From Emiliania huxleyi CCMP1516 (Eukaryota): 64,000 bases of DNA. Both the position numbers and the translations under genes were made by a program. Position 1 is the first letter of the stretch. Each line of letters opens with the position of its first letter. The stretch is from assembly GCF_000372725.1 (NCBI RefSeq), contig NW_005201202.1, positions 1 through 64,000 on the forward strand, written 5' to 3'. The notes below the pieces were generated by a model, which was not told the origin of the DNA, did not search any database, and was given only the letters and a program-made list of their open reading frames with translations. Shown piece after piece: positions 47,301-59,675 of this stretch.

Positions 47301-48229
47301 CGGCCGAGCGGGCGGCCGAGGCGCAGCGGGCCCTTGCCGAGGGGTGGGGGCGCGGCGTCCGGGCTGCGGCGGGGCCGAAGCCGCCACCGCCGCCGCCAGA
47401 AGCTTGGGTTTGCGAGCCGAAGCCGCCGGCGGCGGGTTGGATTGGAGAGGAGGAGAAGAGGCGTGCCGTGGTCGATCCGGAGGCGGCCGATCCGGCGGCT
47501 GCCGAGCCGGCGGCTGCCGAGCCGGAGGAGGGCGAGCCGGAGGAGGGCGAGCCGGAGGAGGGCGAGCCGGAGGAGGGCGAGCCCGGAGAGGGCGAGCCGG
47601 AGGAGGGCGAGCCGGAGCGGCTCCAGGCGCCGCGCCGCACTCGACGCGTTTTTGCGGCGTGTCCTATGTTGCTGACGCGTCCGCCGGGTGCCCCGCAGGC
47701 GCTGCTGCGGACGCTGCAGCGACAGCGTGCCGAACACGCGTCGGTGGTGGCGCGAGGTTCCGCGGCCATTGGCCACGCGTTGGGCGAGCCCGCCCCCCTC
47801 CCGCCTCTCTCCTCCTCCCTCGAGGCGGCCCTCGCCCCCGCTATCGGCTCCGCGGTGCCACCCGCTCGTGGCACGGCCGACTCCCCGGCGCGCGAGCGCG
47901 CTGGGCGGTCTGCACCGGGCAGTCAGGGAGCCGAGAGGCGCGTCGAGACGGACGAGCTCCTGCGGCAGTACCGGCGATCGCGCGGGTCCGGCACGCCGGC
48001 GGCCTCACCCGCAGCGGGGGCGGCGGGCGACGGCGAGGTTGCCGCGGCGGCTGGCACGGCGTGCGCGACGCTGCTCGCCGACCAGTTCGACGCGCACGAG
48101 GAATGGGTCTCGTCCTTGCGCGCGAGCGCTGAGGCGGTTCACGCGACACACCAGCGGGCGCAGGCAGCCCTGGCGTCGATGATGCCGGCCGGCGCGGCAG
48201 CGACGCTGTCGCGCACGCCCAACAAGTAG
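44393..48229 (+). CDS. TBC1D31: TBC1D31/WDR67-like WD40 protein with a coiled-coil C-terminus; middle lost in a gap
   Basis: GRIW..PSATDG..FVQVAF..DEHGQV..FDLEHNRY..LRGH matches the TBC1D31 N-terminus as recalled; linkage across the gap is inferred. Confidence 0.65.
45694..46394. other. Assembly gap (N run)
   Basis: Ns. Confidence 1.
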
Positions 48230-48507
48230 ACTCGGAACCTCATCGGCATGACCCTTGGCGGTTGGGACTTGGGAGGCGCATGAGTGGCCATGAACGTGGA
48301 TAGATTTGTCTAGCTTTCCTCGCACCTACGGCTTTAACAGTGGTGGAGCTGAGACGGTCCCCCCAGCCTCTCCCCCCCCCCCCCGCTCGCACACGTGTCA
48401 CAGACAGAGAGCGCTGATTGGTTCCCCCTTTTTCGTGTACTGTACATAGACATGCTTGTAACGAAATTCAATCGCGCGCGCGCACGCCCCGCCCGCCTTT
48501 CTAATCC

Positions 48508-51500
48508 CTAAAAGTCAGAGCACTCCGCAAAACCGACAAACTCGTGCGGAATCCCCTCCCCCGAATCGCCTTCCGACGCGGCTGTGCTGGGGGGAGCGAG
48601 CACGCGGCAGAGCAGCTCGTGCAGTTCGCCCGTGTCGCGCATGTCGGTGACCAAATTGTGGTCGCGGCCGGCGTGGCGAGTCATCTCGCAGCGGATATCC
48701 TCCTCGCCGCTCCCGCCCGCCCGCTCCCGCACCGCCTCGAGCAGCAGCTCCGCCTCTGCGACGTCGCCGGGCGCGTCCTCGCCCACGTGCACCTCGAGCA
48801 GCGTGCGCACGCCCGCCGGCGCCTCGCGCACCGCCTCGACGAGGGAGGCGGCGTGAAGCCCCTCGGCGTCGCAAGCGAGCTCGAGGCCTGCGCAGGGAGG
48901 AGGGGGCGAGCGGGCGGGACGCCTCTCAGCGCGGCAAAGCGAGGGAAGAGGAGGCGAGTTCAGAGGAGGCGAGCTGGAGGGGCAAACAGAGCGACGGGAT
49001 CGGGGCCGGCGGAGGGGGGCGCGTCACCCTCGAGCAAGCTGTCGAACGGGGCGGCGGGCAGCGACATGTCGCGCCTCGCCGCGGGGCTCACCAGCACCTG
49101 CGGAGAGAAGGCAACCGCCGCGTCCGCGCCCAACGCGATGCCGGCGCGCGCCGCCGCGTAGCCCCCCATCGAAGAGCCCATCGTCACGAGCCTCGCCGGC
49201 CGCACCGCCGCGACCTCGGCGCGCAGCAGCTCGAGCGCGCCGTCGAAGGTGCTCCCGCCGCGGCCGCCCAGCCCGCGCACATACCACGCGCGCATCGCGT
49301 CGCGCACAAAGATGGCGTGCTGCACGCCCGCGCGCCGGCACGACGCCACAAACTCGTGCGACGGCACGCCGCCCTGGATGCCGCCGCCCAAGTTCGCGTC
49401 GGCGCCCGCAAAGGCGATCACGAGCGTGCCGCCGCACGTCGCCGGCCGCAGCAGCGGCGGCGTCCAGGAGCGCGCCAGCGCGGCGCCGGCTCGGCGCCGG
49501 TGCGCGGCCGCCGCGTCGCGCATCACCGCCCGCACGGCGGCCCACCCCTCCTCGGAGTCCAGAGGCGCCAGCCCGTCCACCTCGCGCAGCAGCGAGTGCA
49601 GCCGCCGGTCGGAAGGGGTGCTCGCGAGCGCGCGCCACAGCCGCAAGCGCGCCTTCGGCAGCCGCTGCCGCCAGCGTGCCGCCTCGGCGCCGCCCCTCCG
49701 GGCGAGCGTCAGCGTGCAGAGCGCCGCGTTGACCGACGCGTCCCACCTGCGGCGAGGGGAAGAGACGCCCTCAGCCCTCTACCAGGGAGCTCGACGACAC
49801 CGCGGCGCTCACACCCGTCGTCGTCGTCTGGCTCGGCGCTCCGCTCGAGGGCGGCCTCGAAGTGCCTCAGCGCGGCGCGCGTCCGTCCCGCCTCGAGCAG
49901 CATCGAGCCTATTCCGCGCACCGCGACTCCAGTCGGGACACCCCTCTCGCCCAGAAAGGCGCCTCGACGCTGCGACGGCGTCACGCCGAGTCCGTTGCGC
50001 GGCTTGGGGCAGGCCGGGTAGAGCGACGCGGCGGTGGCGAGGCTGCGGCGCGCCTCGGCGTCCTCCCCCTGCATGAGCTGCACGATGGCCAGCCCGTGCC
50101 TCGCCTCGTGGTCCGTCGGGCAAGCGACCACCGCCGCGTCGAAGGCTGCGCGCGCCTCGGCCAGCCGGCCCGCGCGGCGCGCCTCGGCGCCTCGCTCGGC
50201 GCATCGCCGCGCGTGCTGCGGCACGCCCTCGGCGAGGGCGAAGACGACGAGCACCCACCGCTCACCCGCGGTGATGGGCGCGCCCGCGTGCCGCACGCCG
50301 CTCGCATGCACCATCGCGTGCCCGCGGCCGAGCCGGACGGGCCCTCCGCCGACCGTCTGAAAGAGAGTGCCTCCGCCCTCGTACTCGTCGGGCGAGGAGA
50401 GGGCGATGTTGACCGAGAGGAGGGCGGCGTCGCGGTGCATCGGCTGCCTCGTCCCGCCCTTCGCGGCATCGTACCGGATCACGAGCGCGTCGTACACCGC
50501 GAGCTCCTAGAGACGGCTCCGGGAGGGTTCCAGGAGAGTTCCGGGAAGCGCAAAGGAGGCGAGCCGGCCGCAAAACGCGCCTCGGCGCGGAAGCCTCCGC
50601 CGCCGGCGGCGGCATCTGCGCCGAAGCGCTCTGCGAGGAGCGGGAAGAGCGAGCGGCGGAGCTCGGCGCGGAGCCACTCCCTCGCCTGCGGCAGGTCGTT
50701 AGGATTCACCCACCAAGCTCTAACCCTAGCCCTAGCCCTAGGAGCCGCTCCGTCGCCTGCGGCAAGTCGTGCACGTGCACCTCGCCTGTGGCGGAGGCGC
50801 CTCGGCGGCTGAGACAAACGAGCGCGTGCGCGAGGGGAAGTGCTGGGCCCACTCGTGCAAGCGACGCGCTCACCGAGCCGCTCGTTGCGCGTGTACGTGA
50901 AGGACGACGACGAGCCCGCCGCCATCGCCGCCGCCGCCTCCTCCACCAGCGAGGCGCACTGCTCTGCGCTTAGCAGCGGCGCCTCTGTCGCGTGCACCAG
51001 GTGGCCGCCGCGCAGAGACGCCTCCTCGGGACCGGCGTTGCCGACGCCGGCATCGTGGGTGCGGAAGCCGCCGCTGTAGCGACCGCCGTCCTCCTCGCCG
51101 CCGTCCCCGCTGCCGCCGCCACCTCTCTCGCCGCCGAGGCCGAAGCGCGCGCGGCCCGAAGCCACCTCCCTCGCGTGCTCCTCCTCGCTCCTCGCCTCCT
51201 CGCTCCTCTCCGCGGCTTCACCCCCCTCGGCGGCNNNNNNNNNNNNNNNNNNNNNNNNNNNNNNNNNNNNNNNNNNNNNNNNNNNNNNNNNNNNNNNNNN
51301 NNNNNNNNNNNNNNNNNNNNNNNNNNNNNNNNNNCGCCCCCTCCTCCTCCCCTCCGAAGCCGTAGTCGAGCAGCAGCTCGTCCGCCCCGATGCCGACGCG
51401 GTAGCAGAAGGTCACCTCGTCGCCCGCCACCAAATCCTCGGTGGCGCACAGCGCGACCACTCCGTCGCCCGTGCGCACGATCGGGTCCGCCCCGCCGCCC

Positions 51501-53432
51501 GCCCCTCCCCGGTGGTTTGCAAGGTCGAGGAGCGGCACAAGCCGCAGCGCCGCGGAGCCGTCCGGCGCGGAGTCGCGGATCGCGCGCGTCCGCACGACTC
51601 GCTCGGCCCAGTCCGCCTCCTCGACACTCGCGCCCGCCCGCCGTGCGACCCGCTCCGCCGTCGCCTCGGCCCACGCGCGCTGCGAGCGCGCGGCGGAAGC
51701 GAGGGCGGGCGAGGAGAGCGTGGCGAGCTCTTCCTCAGTGCGGTCGCGCAGCAACGGGATGCAAGCCTGCGAGCACAGCGGAGGGGAGTGAGTCGACGCG
51801 CCGCGTCGGAGCCACTCAGGCCCCGAGGCGCGCCGGCAGGGTCTCCAAGTACGGCGCAGCGTCGTCCCTCGCCGAGAGCAGCGCAGCCATCAGCCGCTCG
51901 TGCCGCGCCACCCCCTCGCCGCCGCCGCCGCCGCCGTCCTCTCCGCCGGCGGAAGAGCCGCCCGCCGCGCTCGCCCACAGCGTGCACTCCTCGGGCACGC
52001 CGAGCAGCGGCGTGCCTACGGCGGAGCACGACCCGCTCGCGCCCCTCCCCCCTCCAACGCCTCGTCGGGGGCCGAGGCCTCGCCGGCACGCACAGCCTGC
52101 GCCACAAAGAGACCTCGCACTCCGTCCGGCCGGACGCCGCACCGGAGAGGGCCGATGTGGCCTCCGCGCGAGAGGACGTCGCACGCCAGCCGAGCGACGG
52201 CCTGCTCGGGCGCACTCCGCACCATCTCGCACCTGAGGACCGAAAGAGTGAGGATGACCAACTCAATACTTATCGCGGGCGCGCTCCTCCCCCACTCGCG
52301 CCTCTTCCCCATCTCCTCGAGCGCCCACCCGTGCCCCTGCGCGGCGGCGGCGGCGTAGTGCCTCGCCGCCGTCGCCTCGCAGGCAGCCACGCCGTGCCCG
52401 TGCTTGTAGGCGCTGCCGAGCGAGTACTGCGCCCCCGCCAGGCCCTGCGCCGCCGCAGCCTCCCAAAAGGTGTGCGCCGCGCCGTAGTCCGCGCCGCCGC
52501 TTACGCCCTCCCCGTTGGCGCGCAGTGTCGCCGCCCACAGCTGCGCGTGCGGGTGGCCCTGCGCGGCGGCGCGCTCGAAGGAGCGAGCCGCCGCCGCCGC
52601 GTCCCGCCGCGCCCCAAACTCGCCCCGGTAGCGAAAGCCGCCCAGCACGAACTGCGCGGGCGCGCTGCCGGCGGCGGCGGCGCGCTCCACCCACGGGCAG
52701 GCGGCCGCGGCGCGCGCGTCCTCCGACTCGGAGAACCAGACGACGAGCGAGTAGCGCTCACCTGCGGGCAGGCTCAGGCAAGGCTCAGGTTGGCTCCCGG
52801 AGGCTGACGGCGGGCGAGCGCAGCCACTCGCCGCCGCGCACGTCGACGCCGTGCATGACGTCGTACTGGTGCATGCAGAGGTCGCCCTCGCCGAGCGGGA
52901 CGAAGCGGCGCGACGACGCGTGCGCCTCTGACTGCACGTAGAAGCCGCCGGCGTACTCACCCGGTGGCGACAGCGGCAGCACGGCGGTCGCAAAGGCGGA
53001 GACGTCAAAGTGCGCAGAGAGGCCGAGCCGCTCGCCGGGCAGGTAGCGGCGCACGAGCGCGTCGCAGACCACCGCGCCGCCGCAGCCAGTGCGCTCTCGC
53101 ACGTACGGAAGCACCCTCTCCTCGAGCACGGGCTGAGCGAGGCGCGTGAGCGGGCCGCGGCCGACGACACGGCCGCTCTCGATGAGCGGAGCGAGGTAGG
53201 TGGCAGAGCCGTCCACCGTGTCGCCTTCCGACTCAAACATGGCCTCGCGCGCTGCCTCGCGCAGCGCGGCGAGGCTTCCCGGCGAGACGAGGCCGTGGAG
53301 GACGTGGACGGTGCCATCCTCGCTGGTCGACTCTGGGAAGGCCGCGCCGCTCGAGGAGGAGTATGCGTGGCGCGAGAGTAGCGGCAGCGAGCGGAGCGGA
53401 GGCACGAGGCCGCTGACGGCGAGGAGCAGCAT
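48508..53432 (-). CDS. Multidomain protein: 2OG-Fe(II) oxygenase, Sel1 repeats, SET domain, [gap], second 2OG-Fe(II) oxygenase, TPR, alpha/beta hydrolase
   Basis: AHFD..MHGV..RYSLVVW; Sel1 AQFVLG/AQYSLG; RGLF..LVPLLDLANH..YGF; MHRD..GGGT..HAG..RWVLV; GSSMGG. May be two genes split at the gap. Confidence 0.65.
51235..51334. other. Assembly gap (100 N)
   Basis: Ns. Confidence 1.
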
Positions 53433-53580
53433 GCCGTGAGGCTCCGAGCTAGCCAAAGCGATGCTCGCTCGCCACCCAGCACCAGCCGCTCCTCGCTGCT
53501 TGGTGTGAATTTGCCCGGATCCTGAACCCTCTGCCGCTCCCAGCCGCACCCGCCAAGCACCTGCCACCGCCGCCTCCGCC

Positions 53581-54408
53581 TTCAATCTCAATGTCCCACC
53601 CCTCTGCGCGCGGGCCTTCTAGGCCCGCGGGTAGTCTCCACCCATCCCCAGGGCCTCCAGGGCTCGCACCTCAACCTCTCATAGACCAGCGCAAAGCGCC
53701 ATAGGACGTATTTTCTTGTCAATAACAAGGTCTGTGAACTACGAAGTCAAGGTGCCTAGCGCCCTCAAAAGACGAGAGGCAAGCTGGGCAGGGCTCGGCG
53801 GCACACGGCGGATGCTGTGCGTCACTGGGCCACAAATTTGGTTTCGACGGCACCCTGCCTCGACCAAACCTTGCTCAGGGTTCTTGGGTGCAAAGAGCGC
53901 GGACACAAGTCACAGGGCCCGCTCGTCCATGCGACCGGCAAAGGCCTGGGTCAAAGAGCACAAGGGACAGTACTACGACGCGCTCCATGTCAAGAACGGA
54001 ATCGTCAAAATTTGTCTCGTCGAAAGGGCGGCATCGCGCCGCCAACCAAGAGAATCATCCACAACTTCGCCAAAGAGGTCGGCAGCCCGAGTGCCGTCGA
54101 CCGCACCGACTACGGCACAGCCTCCGGCAGCGCCCGGGGCTTCGCCCAGCACCACTCGCAACAGCTCTCGCGCGCCGCCGTCTGTGGTGACGCGCAGAAC
54201 ATCAACAACGCTGCTCGCAACATGCGTGTCGCGCACTCATTCATGACCGGTCTCAATGTCCCACCCCCCTGCGCGCGGCCGGGCCTTCTAGGCCCGCGGG
54301 TAGTCTCCCCCCATCCCCAGGGCCTCCAGGGCTCGCACCTCAACCTCTCACAGACCAGCGCATAGCGCCGAAGGAGGTATTTTCTTTTCAATAACAAGGC
54401 TGTGAACA
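53581..54408 (+). mobile_element. Family D 3' end followed by a decayed RLE-type LINE fragment with the same 3' UTR
   Basis: GCKERG..GWVKEHKGQYYDAL..VDRTDY..HHSQQLS, paralogous to the C-terminus of the 7300 ORF; frameshifted. Confidence 0.75.
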
Positions 54409-54888
54409 GAGTTCGCAAATCGAGATCCTCGAGAGTTCACGCGGAGTAGAGGCTGGGGCTATACCAGACAGAGTTGTCGGTTTTCCGCAATAGAGGAAAA
54501 AGAAATCGACGGCGTGATTGCCCGGCGAGGAAACACTCCCGCCTGCTGTGCAAAGAAGAAAGAAGTGCTTGTCTCACTGCGCTCGCCCCAGCACCGACTC
54601 TTCACGAAAACCATCGCTTTCGGCGGCAGAATTCTTACTGAGAGCAAAAAGAAAGTGCGGAGAAAAGCTTTCCTCGCCGAAGAGTCGGCATGCTGCGAGC
54701 CTCGGTCCACAGAGGCTCCTCCAGGCTGACTGCGGCCGCATTGGCGCGGCCAGCGCCGGCCGTGGGCGGCGTGCGGCGCCTGACAGACCGTGAGCCGCGC
54801 CCCGGCCCGCCCGCGACGCGCCCGGGAGCCTGCGGCGGCGCGCGCACAGCGGAGCTTTTCCCCTCAGCTCACCACACCTGTATGTTGT

Positions 54889-55290
54889 GAGAGAGATTTT
54901 TAGCAATACCAAACAACTCTAACACTCACACGTAATTTGGGGCCTGGAGCCCTGTTCACGCGCGCGCGAGACGTGCAGACAGGGTTGCCAGGTGAGAGCG
55001 AATGGCGCGGTTCACGCCTCGCACAACAGAGAGAGAGATGCGCTCTGCATGGTGGGACATAAAAGAGAGCGAGTACTTGGGCGAGTAGGCCGTGCGGTCA
55101 ACGCTGCCGCGCGCGACTTTGCGCGCGAGGCGGCGCAGCTTGAGAACGGCGGTGGGCGAGAAGCCGCCGCCGAACGTCTCGTGGAGCAGCAGGTTGAAGT
55201 TGTTGCGCTTGACAAAGATCGCGTCGTGGTAGAAACCGCGATGCGCGCCTTGACGTAGCCGTGGCCGGTCTTGTGGGAGAAGGGTTCGCT
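54889..55290 (-). mobile_element. Short 5'-truncated copy of the CRE-like element
   Basis: Near-identical to 7229-7630. Confidence 0.9.
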
Positions 55291-55420
55291 GGGCTTTTGT
55301 TTTGCAAAGGGGGACCGTGAGTTGAGGAAATCGGAGGACGCGACCCACCTCTGTTTGGCCTGCCTGTGTCGCTGCCGCCGCCGCTCGCCGCCTCGACCGC
55401 TCGCACAGCCGTTCACATAC

Positions 55421-56824
55421 ATGGACACAGACGAGGACGCGGCGGCGGCCGCCCGCTCGAGACGGCTCGAGCGTGGCTGCCGCGGCTTTGTGCAGCGGCT
55501 CCTGGGCTGGCCGCCGGAGCCAGCATCTGATGGAGTCCTTGTCACCATTGCCCCCCGCGTCTCCGAGGAGACCGCAGTGATTGCGTCAAACCAGGACCAG
55601 CGGAAGCATGGCGGTGCCTCAACGCTCCTTGGGCGCACCGGTCCTGGTGTGAGCATAGTTCGGATCATTTTGCTCGCGGCGGGACTGGTCGCTCTCGCCC
55701 TCGCGCTCTGGAAGACCGCAGCCATTGCTCCATCGTTAATTCAGGCCAACGGGCTGCCACTCGGACTCGCCCAAACCGGAGCTTACTTCATCGCCTACTT
55801 GTGTGAAGCCGTCCTCATTGTTGCGGTGACCCCATTCGTGGCGGCGAAGGAGGCTGTGGGGTTTGCTGCTGTCAAGCTCTGGCAGGTGGCAACCGCTTAC
55901 TTCTCATTCGCTTGGGATGTCATCGCCGCAGTCTTCTCATTCGCTTGGGATCTCATCGCCGCAGTCTTCACCCTCCTTTCGGACGCCGCCGCCACAGTCT
56001 TCTCCTTCACTGAAGAATTTATCCTTGTCCCCATGGCCCAATTCCTCCAGCCAGGCGCACAGATTGTCCGGGACAAGGCGGTGACGGTCGCGGAGACTGT
56101 CAAGGACGTGGCTGTCTGGCCGTACGAGAACGTCGTGCAGCCTGCCGGAGAGGCGGTTGTAGGCTGCGTGCAGGACGTGTTTTCCTGGTCGTACCAGCGT
56201 GTCTTGCAGCCCATCGGACATGCGATTGGCGCCACCGCGACATTCGTGATGGATGCCGTCATTGCCCCGTCACTTAATGCCTTGGCGTGGGCCGTCGCGA
56301 AAATGTGGCAAGGATTGTTTTGGATCGGCGACGCGATCCTCGAGGGCATCTCCCGCATTGTGGTGTACCTCTACGAGCATGCGGTGGTGCCTGTGTCTCA
56401 CGGCATTCGATTAGTCGGGGCAGAAATCGGAAATGGCTTGGGTGCCGCCGCCAGCTGGGTGTGTGGCCACATTTTGGCTCCTGTTGCAAACGCAGTCAGC
56501 GCTGCCGCATCAGCCTCCTACCACTATGTGATAGAGCCTGTTGGTTCAGTGATCGGATGGCTAGTCTCCACCCTAGCCAGCGGCATTGCATCCGCAGGCT
56601 CCACCACCTATCGATTCGTCATCGAGCCGGTTGGCTCAGAGGTGGGCTCGCTCGCCGGCATCGTGAGCAGTGCCACGGCGCGTTCCTGGGCCGCGGTGAG
56701 CTACGTGATGGCTCAGACCAGGCCGCACGCGACGCCCTCGCCACCCCCGCCCCCGCCGTACCCACAGCCGCCGCCACCGCCTCCGCCTCCACTCATCAAC
56801 GTGTTGCTCGGCGCCGCGTGGTAG
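55421..56824 (+). CDS. Hypothetical membrane-associated protein with periodic amphipathic W/Y/P repeats
   Basis: Long ORF with recurring Y..VV.P..AI/W motifs; lower GC than neighbouring genes. Confidence 0.6.
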   Translation: MDTDEDAAAAARSRRLERGCRGFVQRLLGWPPEPASDGVLVTIAPRVSEETAVIASNQDQRKHGGASTLLGRTGPGVSIVRIILLAAGLVALALALWKTAAIAPSLIQANGLPLGLAQTGAYFIAYLCEAVLIVAVTPFVAAKEAVGFAAVKLWQVATAYFSFAWDVIAAVFSFAWDLIAAVFTLLSDAAATVFSFTEEFILVPMAQFLQPGAQIVRDKAVTVAETVKDVAVWPYENVVQPAGEAVVGCVQDVFSWSYQRVLQPIGHAIGATATFVMDAVIAPSLNALAWAVAKMWQGLFWIGDAILEGISRIVVYLYEHAVVPVSHGIRLVGAEIGNGLGAAASWVCGHILAPVANAVSAAASASYHYVIEPVGSVIGWLVSTLASGIASAGSTTYRFVIEPVGSEVGSLAGIVSSATARSWAAVSYVMAQTRPHATPSPPPPPPYPQPPPPPPPPLINVLLGAAW

Positions 56825-56930
56825 GAGCGGCGTTCAGGCGCACCTCGGAGGAAGACTGTGAGGCTTGTCGTTTGCGTGTATCTTTTCCCCACCCAACCTG
56901 TGTCAACTTGAACTAATTTATCATCAATCT

Positions 56931-56993
56931 GAGAGAAATTTTTAGCAATACCAAACAACTCTAACACGCACACATCATTTGGGGCCTGGAGCC
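56931..56993 (-). mobile_element. 3' tip of the CRE-like element
   Basis: Matches 7234-7296. Confidence 0.85.
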
Positions 56994-57388
56994 CCGGCAG
57001 TTAAATCTTCGTGGAAATCGCTGCCTCCTCACCCTCCGCAGAAGGCCGCCGACGCCGACGCCGCCTCGGCCGCTCGCCCCACCGACCGAAGGCTGCTTGG
57101 ACTCGATCGCCAAAAACTTCAACCCGGATGTCGACGTCAACAACGCCGCCCTCTGCGAGTACAACTTCGCGGGCGGGGAGATCGCGGTGTTCGGCTGCAT
57201 TACGAATTGCGAGGTGTTCGTCGACCAGAATAGCGACCTCCTGCTCAACTCGAGCGTCAACGAGCTCGGCTTCCCCACGAGCGGAGCGGCACGAGCAACA
57301 TCAGCGGCGCCTTCTTTGTCTCGAGATTGGCGCTGCCGACGAGCGCGTGCGGGTGAAGCCGGCTGCGCTGGGTGACAATTCCGGCCGC

Positions 57389-58234
57389 TGCAGGATTCGG
57401 TACTTCAGCTTGGTATAGTATCATCGTATGCCAGATCATACCCCAGGGCTATACCCTGATACCCTCTTGAGAGGACCCGCATTGGGCCCCTAGAGGATAG
57501 GCTGAGATACCCTCGTGGGTTACCCTTCACACCGGACACGACCCCCCTCTTCACACCTCTTCGCGCGCCGCTGCGCGCGCGCCAAGTCAGACAACGCGCT
57601 CGAGTGAGCGTCGCGCAGGAGGGAGGTGAGCGCGCACCACTAAGCAATGCGCTAGGCGAGGAGGGCGCTAATGGCGGCCGTCGTCGCATTTGACGGGCCC
57701 GCGGCCGCAGCCGGAGGGTGCGGCTGCAGCCGCGGGAGGGGCCGCGGCCTGCACGGCTGCGGCCGGGGCCGGCGCCGCGGGGGGCGCGGCGTTAGGCGCC
57801 GTGGCGGGCTCCGCTGCGGACTCGGTGTCCCCCGCCGCCGCCGTGACACGCTGCAGGGTGATATGCACACATGCGGGCGCTGCCCAGGAAATCGTTCTCG
57901 AAGTCAACATGGCACCGGCAACATCCGGTGAATTTCCGAAACAGCTGGCGTTGCCGAAACGAGGAGGCGTGCATTGCGCGCGCAACAGCTGGTGGGCGTG
58001 GCGCGCGGGTACGGCGGAAGCGCAAAGAGTTTGAATGATACCGGGGCGGACCGTGCGGGAGGGCTCGGTCCTCGGTGAGAGGTGTGAATTGTCGCTTCGC
58101 TGCGCGGCCGCCGATGATACCTTGATACCCAGCCGAGATGGGTCCCCACAGAGGCCTAGAGCATACCTTGATACCCCCTCGAGAAGCATACGATGAATAC
58201 TATACCAACGCAAGCTGAAGTACCGAATCCTGCA
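57389..58234. mobile_element. MITE with ~50-bp TIRs
   Basis: TGCAGGATTCGGTACTTCAGCTTG ... CAAGCTGAAGTACCGAATCCTGCA; subterminal ATACCC motifs; no clear TSD. Confidence 0.75.
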
Positions 58235-58965
58235 CGCTTTCACTTTCCTGGTGGGGGGGGGGACAAGGACGGCAGCGGTGGGGAAGGGGCGGCTGCGACG
58301 ATGGCGGCGAGGGTGGCGGCGAGGGTGGCGCGCTGTCGCCCTCTGGTAGCATCAATCAGTGCAAAGGAAAGAGTGGGTTGGTCTGAGTTGTTTTGTTTTG
58401 TTTACATAGGAATTCCATGTTGGGATGTTAGAGGTGGGTTAAGAGGGGATGCGCGCGAACTGCGGGACCGCCGGGACGACGGCGGGCGGGATGGCGGGTG
58501 ATTGCGACGCGCCGCCACTTTTGGCGACTTGAATTCCTAAGCAGGTCTTTCACTTTCTTCTGCAAATCGCAGTTTGGATGGAAGATACAAGGATCAAGGA
58601 GACGGAGGAGCAACGAGCGCCCTGGCGTGTCGCGTGAGCCAAAGACTCCCTCCGTAGACACTGATCACACACACAAGAGTCGTGATTTCTTGTTGGTTTT
58701 CTAAAATCTCTCTCTCACACACACGGGTGGGATGACAGGGTGGGTTGTCACAACAAGCACGAGAGCGTGCTCGACAGAGCGACAGCGCAGCGCACTGCCG
58801 TCCGGCCGAAGGAAGGACGGCAAAGGGACGGCAGCTAGCTGCGCTGCGCAATAAAACCATTTCTAATGAAGGTACCGGCACCCTCCATTCCACTCGAAAC
58901 CCCAGGCGTGGGGTTCCAGGTGGCCCGGACTGCGGCAGAAGACGCCCAATCTTGCTGCGTAAGAA

Positions 58966-59576
58966 AAAAGAAAGAAAGAAAGAAAACAGACAACTCATGC
59001 GAACGACAAGCCGCCACCACACAGGGATTTTAAGGAGAGGAGTGTGATGCGCTAGCCGTCGCCCACCCTAGGGAGTCTGCCTCTTCCTATCTCTTTTTCG
59101 CACAGAGGGCACGCGAGGTACGACCGTGCCCGGCCGTGCTATTAAAGCGACTCGGCTCTCTAACAGGCTGCAGCCCAGAGCCACACGGAGTCTACGCGCA
59201 TCGCTTGTGCATAGCCTCGACCAATCTCCTGTTCACGGTGCAACCGTGAACAAAGAGCTTCTTCGGCTGACAGAACGGCGGGCTAGGCATTGAGAGCCCA
59301 GGAGTTTTAATCGCAGTCTCTCGCCGATTCTCGCTGCAACCTTCATGCCACCTCGCGGCCGTCCCACTCTCGTCGTTCTCTCCCTTGTCACTTCCTCCTC
59401 TGTCGCGTCATTCTCTTCTGCCTCGTCCTGCGCCGCCGCCGCCTGCCGTTCCCTTGTTCTCTCGGCTTCTTTCGCCTTTCGGCGCAGCTCCGCCCTCCTT
59501 GCTGCATATCCTGGCCCCTCGAGTCTATCGAGCTCCCCTCGCGCAAGGACCACATTTCTGACTCCCACTCCGATCA
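58966..59576 (-). mobile_element. LINE family B copy with a 14-bp TSD and a nested ~210-bp insert (59103-59310)
   Basis: TTGCTGCGTAAGAA at 58952-58965 and 59577-59590. Confidence 0.75.
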
Positions 59577-59675
59577 TTGCTGCGTAAGAACTAAAAGAAA
59601 GAAAGAATTGGGTTTTCTTTTCTCCCGGCAAGCGCTTGCCGGGAAGAGGCGTGTGGTCCCTGGCAGTCAGATTCA

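Noticed and set aside
57090..57290. Short coding-like segment GCLDSIAKNFNPDVDVNN resembling surface-protein repeats
   Set aside because: No start or gene context; sits between mobile elements, probably a fragment
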